A stretch of DNA of 32,000 nucleotides from Dickeya dadantii NCPPB 898 (lineage in GTDB: Bacteria > Pseudomonadota > Gammaproteobacteria > Enterobacterales > Enterobacteriaceae), in NCBI RefSeq assembly GCF_000406145.1, contig NZ_CM001976.1:414830-446829 (forward strand), written 5' to 3'. Within the stretch, counting starts at the first letter, position 1; every line of letters begins with the position of its first letter. A program made the translations under genes and the position numbers. The notes beneath the pieces were generated by a model. The model did no database searches, had not been told where the DNA came from, and saw only the letters and a list, made by a program, of their open reading frames with translations. Below, in pieces: positions 29,204 to 32,000 of the stretch.

Positions 29204-30775
29204 CTACGCTAAAATATTGGCTACAATTCCTGCGATTTGGTTTGCCAAAAATGGAGGAACGGCATTCCCGACTTGGTGATACTGCTGAGTTCTTCCACCT
29301 TGGAAAAAATAGTTATCTGGGAATGTTTGCAATCTGGCAGCCTCCCTTACTGTCAAGCTTCTACATTGTAATAGGTCGTAATGTATGAAGTAGTGGCCAT
29401 CTTTCGATATGTGGCTCGTGATTGTTGTTGATGGACTATTTTCAATTTGCACTCTAAATCGGTCTGAAAATTTACCTGTTTTCCAGTTTTTATGCGCTGG
29501 GGCTAAACCTGGCAAGTTAAATTCTTTGTGCCCTTTAGGAGAACGCTTATGAATTGATGCAAAGCATGCTGCATAACCGTAGCGTGCCAGATCGTCTATA
29601 CGATGCCCACGAGCCTCATGGTTTAGCCAGACTTTCAGCCGTGGCTCCAAAAACCATTTATCTAGATAGTCATGAGCAGTCTGACCGGAAGAATCACCTT
29701 TAGGCATCCGTGTACCACCAGTGTTAGTAACATGGCCAATTTCATTCGAAGCTTTTTCCAATCGGCTTGATAAAGTTTTTTCGTGTCCCGGAAACTTGGC
29801 GGCGTGTTTGGCAAGCTGGTGTAATTGCCAACGAACCTGATTTTTCCATTGTTCGCTAGTATCTTCTTGTCTACTCAAAAGGCTTCTTAAGGGCGGAAGG
29901 TTTCCAATCGCCTCTTTAACGCTCACTGTAGCTTGCGCTAACAATTTCGGTAGTTTTTCTTTGTAGCGATTTTCTCGGATCCCTAACAAAATGACTCTGT
30001 GACGGGCTTGAGGTACACCATACTCTTCAGTACGAATGATATACTTCGTAGCATCTAATTGGCTTGGGTCATCACCATCACAGAACTCCTGCTCGCTCAC
30101 TAATGAAACGATTCGATAGCACTGTCCATTTGAGGAGGAGTGGAGCGCGGCACTTGGGTTGGCTAGATCTTTCAAAATTTGATTGAATATTTTTTCGCCA
30201 TTTATTTTGGACGAAAGAATTCCCTTCACATTTTCCATCACAAAAATATCAGGCTGGTAACTCTGGATAATTCGGAGATACTCACGATAGAGGAAGTGAC
30301 GGTGATCCTCTTCTGGTTTGTAATCGGCAATTCCTTTGTTTCTGGCTCTACCAACAAGTGAGTAGGCTTGACAAGGTGGACCGCCTATCAAAACCCAAGG
30401 CTGGTCAGTTCCATGTTTTTCCTGCATTTCTTGAATGGCTTCATCGAGAGCTGTATTTCCGTTCGGACTACCGATTTCAATGCACATTGCTTCTTTGCCA
30501 GCTAGCTCCCAGAGATCTTTCGTCTCGGTGCTGAATGGTGTGTCTGCCTCACCATTACAAAAGCGATAATAGTCATCGAGATTGTCTGGTCTATTGTTAG
30601 TCAACAATCTATAGAACGCTCTGAGGCGGAGTGTTTGATGGGCGATAGAATCTTTTTCAGCAGAAACAGCAATTTGAAAAACATCGCCATTTTTAAATGA
30701 TGAAAAGCCTTCCCCTAATCCTCCTGGTCCGGCAAAAAGGTCTACTACAGGAATCGGCAACAAAATGCTACTCAT
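29204..30775 (-). CDS. DNA (cytosine-5)-methyltransferase
   Basis: Canonical C5-MTase motifs are I DLFAGPGGLGEGF, IV GGPPCQAYS (nt about 30361-30387), VI ENVKG, VIII QARHRVILLG and X QVGNAVPPFLA, with a long variable (TRD) region. Convergent with the AIPR gene. Confidence 0.93.
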   Translation of the reverse strand: MSSILLPIPVVDLFAGPGGLGEGFSSFKNGDVFQIAVSAEKDSIAHQTLRLRAFYRLLTNNRPDNLDDYYRFCNGEADTPFSTETKDLWELAGKEAMCIEIGSPNGNTALDEAIQEMQEKHGTDQPWVLIGGPPCQAYSLVGRARNKGIADYKPEEDHRHFLYREYLRIIQSYQPDIFVMENVKGILSSKINGEKIFNQILKDLANPSAALHSSSNGQCYRIVSLVSEQEFCDGDDPSQLDATKYIIRTEEYGVPQARHRVILLGIRENRYKEKLPKLLAQATVSVKEAIGNLPPLRSLLSRQEDTSEQWKNQVRWQLHQLAKHAAKFPGHEKTLSSRLEKASNEIGHVTNTGGTRMPKGDSSGQTAHDYLDKWFLEPRLKVWLNHEARGHRIDDLARYGYAACFASIHKRSPKGHKEFNLPGLAPAHKNWKTGKFSDRFRVQIENSPSTTITSHISKDGHYFIHYDLLQCRSLTVREAARLQTFPDNYFFQGGRTQQYHQVGNAVPPFLANQIAGIVANILA

Positions 30776-30797
30776 GGTATATATCGGTGGGTTTAGT

Positions 30798-30812
30798 GGT
30801 ATCCAGGATACC
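30798..30812. promoter_or_regulatory. Perfect 15-bp palindrome in the 65-bp MTase/vsr divergent intergenic region (candidate operator)
   Basis: GGTATCC-A-GGATACC. It contains CCAGG at 30803-30807, and a second CCAGG follows at 30811-30815. It lies 23 nt from the MTase ATG and 29 nt from the vsr ATG. Confidence 0.35.
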
Positions 30813-30840
30813 AGGAAGAGAAGCGAACGGAAAGAAATCT

Positions 30841-31299
30841 ATGGATGTCGTCGATCGTAAGACTCGTTCCCGCATGATGTCCGGTATTAAGGGAAAAAAT
30901 ACACAACCGGAATTGATGATACGGAAATTTTTGCATGCACAAGGTTTTAGGTACCGTTTGCATGTAAGCAGTCTACCGGGTAAACCTGATATCGTCTTGC
31001 CACGGTACAAATTGTGCATTTTTGTCCACGGTTGCTTCTGGCATCGTCATGATGGATGCAGGTATGCTACGACCCCAAAAACCAGACCAGAATTCTGGAT
31101 GAAAAAATTTGCTGTCAATAGGCAGCGTGATATCCAAGTCAAAATGCAGCTACATGCTGCGGGATGGCGTGTATTCGAAATCTGGGAATGTGGTTTCAGA
31201 GACCAAAGCGATGAGTCTATCAATTGGCTGCCAGAGTATATTAACAGTGATATCGCGATGCTCAGTTGGCCAGACTATGTTTGTAGTGGGGATCGATGA
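30841..31299 (+). CDS. vsr: Very short patch repair endonuclease
   Basis: The start is trimmed to the ATG at 30841. MDVVDRKTRSRMMSGIKGKNTQPELMIRKFLHAQGFRYRLHVSSLPGKPDIVLPRYKLCIFVHGCFWHRH...TRPEFWMKKF..NRQRD...GWRVFEIWEC aligns with E. coli Vsr blocks (TRSKNM, LPGRPDFV, FTHGCFWHHH, TEFW, GWRVLIVWEC). Confidence 0.9.
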   Translation: MDVVDRKTRSRMMSGIKGKNTQPELMIRKFLHAQGFRYRLHVSSLPGKPDIVLPRYKLCIFVHGCFWHRHDGCRYATTPKTRPEFWMKKFAVNRQRDIQVKMQLHAAGWRVFEIWECGFRDQSDESINWLPEYINSDIAMLSWPDYVCSGDR

Positions 31300-31547
31300 C
31301 TATCTGCGTTCTGATCCTGAATATGCTCGAGCCATAACTGGCTTAATTAAAGATGTCGGCGCAATGGTTTATCCGGTGATAAACAGCAAAAACATGAGTC
31401 CTAGCTGTATTTGGAAACGGTTCAAAGAATGTTTACGATGAAAGGCGTTAACCATTTTAGCAAAACTCAAGATGTATTGGTCCAATATCCTGTAGTTTTT
31501 CACTACAATTCTGACTAAACTTTCTGCGCGACCCGGCGGTGATATAG

Positions 31548-31821
31548 ATATTATTACTTGCCGAAATATCGGCGACGCACAAATTCGTACCGGATGCGTT
31601 TATCGAACGGTTCAACCGGGCGTACCGTACAGAAATACTGGATCTTTACCTGTTCAGGACGCTGAATGAAGCCCGGGAAATCATAGAGCTCTGGCTGGCT
31701 GAATATAACAGCGAGCGGCCCCATGAATCCCTGAATAACCTGACGCCGGAAGAGTACCGGCTGATGGCTGAAAAACCGGAAATCTCAAAAAGTGCGTGGA
31801 ACTAAAACGGGTGTGCTTACA
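31548..31821 (+). mobile_element. IS3-family transposase C-terminal remnant (5'-truncated) with probable right IS end
   Basis: The frame ending at TAA 31803-31805 reads ...PDAFIERFNRAYRTEILDLYLFRTLNEAREIIELWLAEYNSERPHESLNNLTPEEYRLMAEKPEISKSAWN. This is the tail of an rve (DDE) domain in IS3-type OrfB. There is no upstream catalytic region, and in-frame stops lie at 31512 and 31545. The sequence ends ...CTTACA near 31821. Confidence 0.75.
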
Positions 31822-31947
31822 GTATGACTTTATACCTACGAATAACGTCTATTTTTTGTGCGGATTTTGACTCGCGGGTACAAGTGCGGGTATAACTATT
31901 TATTCCTGCTAATAAACTACATTTATATCAGTCTATTAGGTGTGAAA

Positions 31948-32000
31948 TTCGAGTCCGGCCTTCGCACCAAAATTCAAAAATCAAGCCACCTTCGGGTGGC
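31948..32000 (+). repeat. Direct repeat DR3 (attR): displaced tRNA-Leu 3' end plus terminator hairpin, running to the window edge
   Basis: TTCGAGTCCGGCCTTCGCACCAAAATTCAAAAATCAAGCCACCTTCGGGTGGC. Relative to DR1 it has one G deleted (CTTCGGCACC to CTTCGCACC) and one T to C change that perfects the hairpin GCCACC/GGTGGC. Confidence 0.85.

Larger units (their letters stand above)
17612..31947. mobile_element. Island segment B (decayed integrase, orphan ORF, sigma/GHKL/Z1/PD-(D/E)XK/AIPR operon, C5-MTase, Vsr, IS3 remnant)
   Basis: Bounded by DR2 and DR3. An integrase remnant lies at the left end. The one operon line I counted gave about 50% GC, distinct from both the core and segment A. Confidence 0.7.

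Noticed and set aside
30697-30840. Upstream extension of the vsr ORF (start at 30697)
   Set aside because: It would overlap the MTase start on the opposite strand and adds 48 non-homologous residues. Homology to Vsr begins at the ATG at 30841.
31109-31441. 110-aa ORF overlapping the 3' half of vsr
   Set aside because: Most of it is an alternative frame of vsr. Only the tail (31277-31441, 54 codons) lies partly outside vsr and has no recognisable features. I kept it as a possible remnant in a finding and did not annotate it as a gene.

Overview
The window has two parts: an enterobacterial core and a composite genomic island of about 20.5 kb.

Core (1-11.4 kb, spot GC about 60%): the gene order matches the E. 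coli yjgM-valS-holC-pepA / lptF-lptG-leuX region. It holds a GNAT fragment, a secreted alpha/beta hydrolase, a methyl-accepting chemotaxis protein, valS, holC, pepA, lptF, lptG and tRNA-Leu(CAA).

Island structure: the island sits at the 3' end of that tRNA. Three direct copies of the tRNA 3' end mark it (11413-11466, 17594-17611, 31948-32000).

Segment A (11.4-17.6 kb):
- an intact P4-type integrase
- a very AT-rich two-gene module: a Dgt-like HD dNTP triphosphohydrolase plus a roughly 540-aa uncharacterised protein
- a small secreted protein
- a GNAT/DUF1778 (TacAT-like) toxin-antitoxin pair

Segment B (17.6-31.9 kb):
- a decayed integrase and an AT-rich orphan ORF
- a tightly overlapping five-gene operon, the most interesting locus in the window. 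An ankyrin-repeat/sigma-70-type fusion protein is followed by a MORC-like GHKL ATPase, a Z1-domain SF2 NTPase, a PD-(D/E)XK protein and an AIPR protein
- a convergent C5 cytosine methyltransferase and a divergent Vsr endonuclease
- an IS3-family transposase remnant at the right edge

I saw no rRNA genes or CRISPR arrays. All family assignments come from motifs read by eye and recalled homology. No searches were run.
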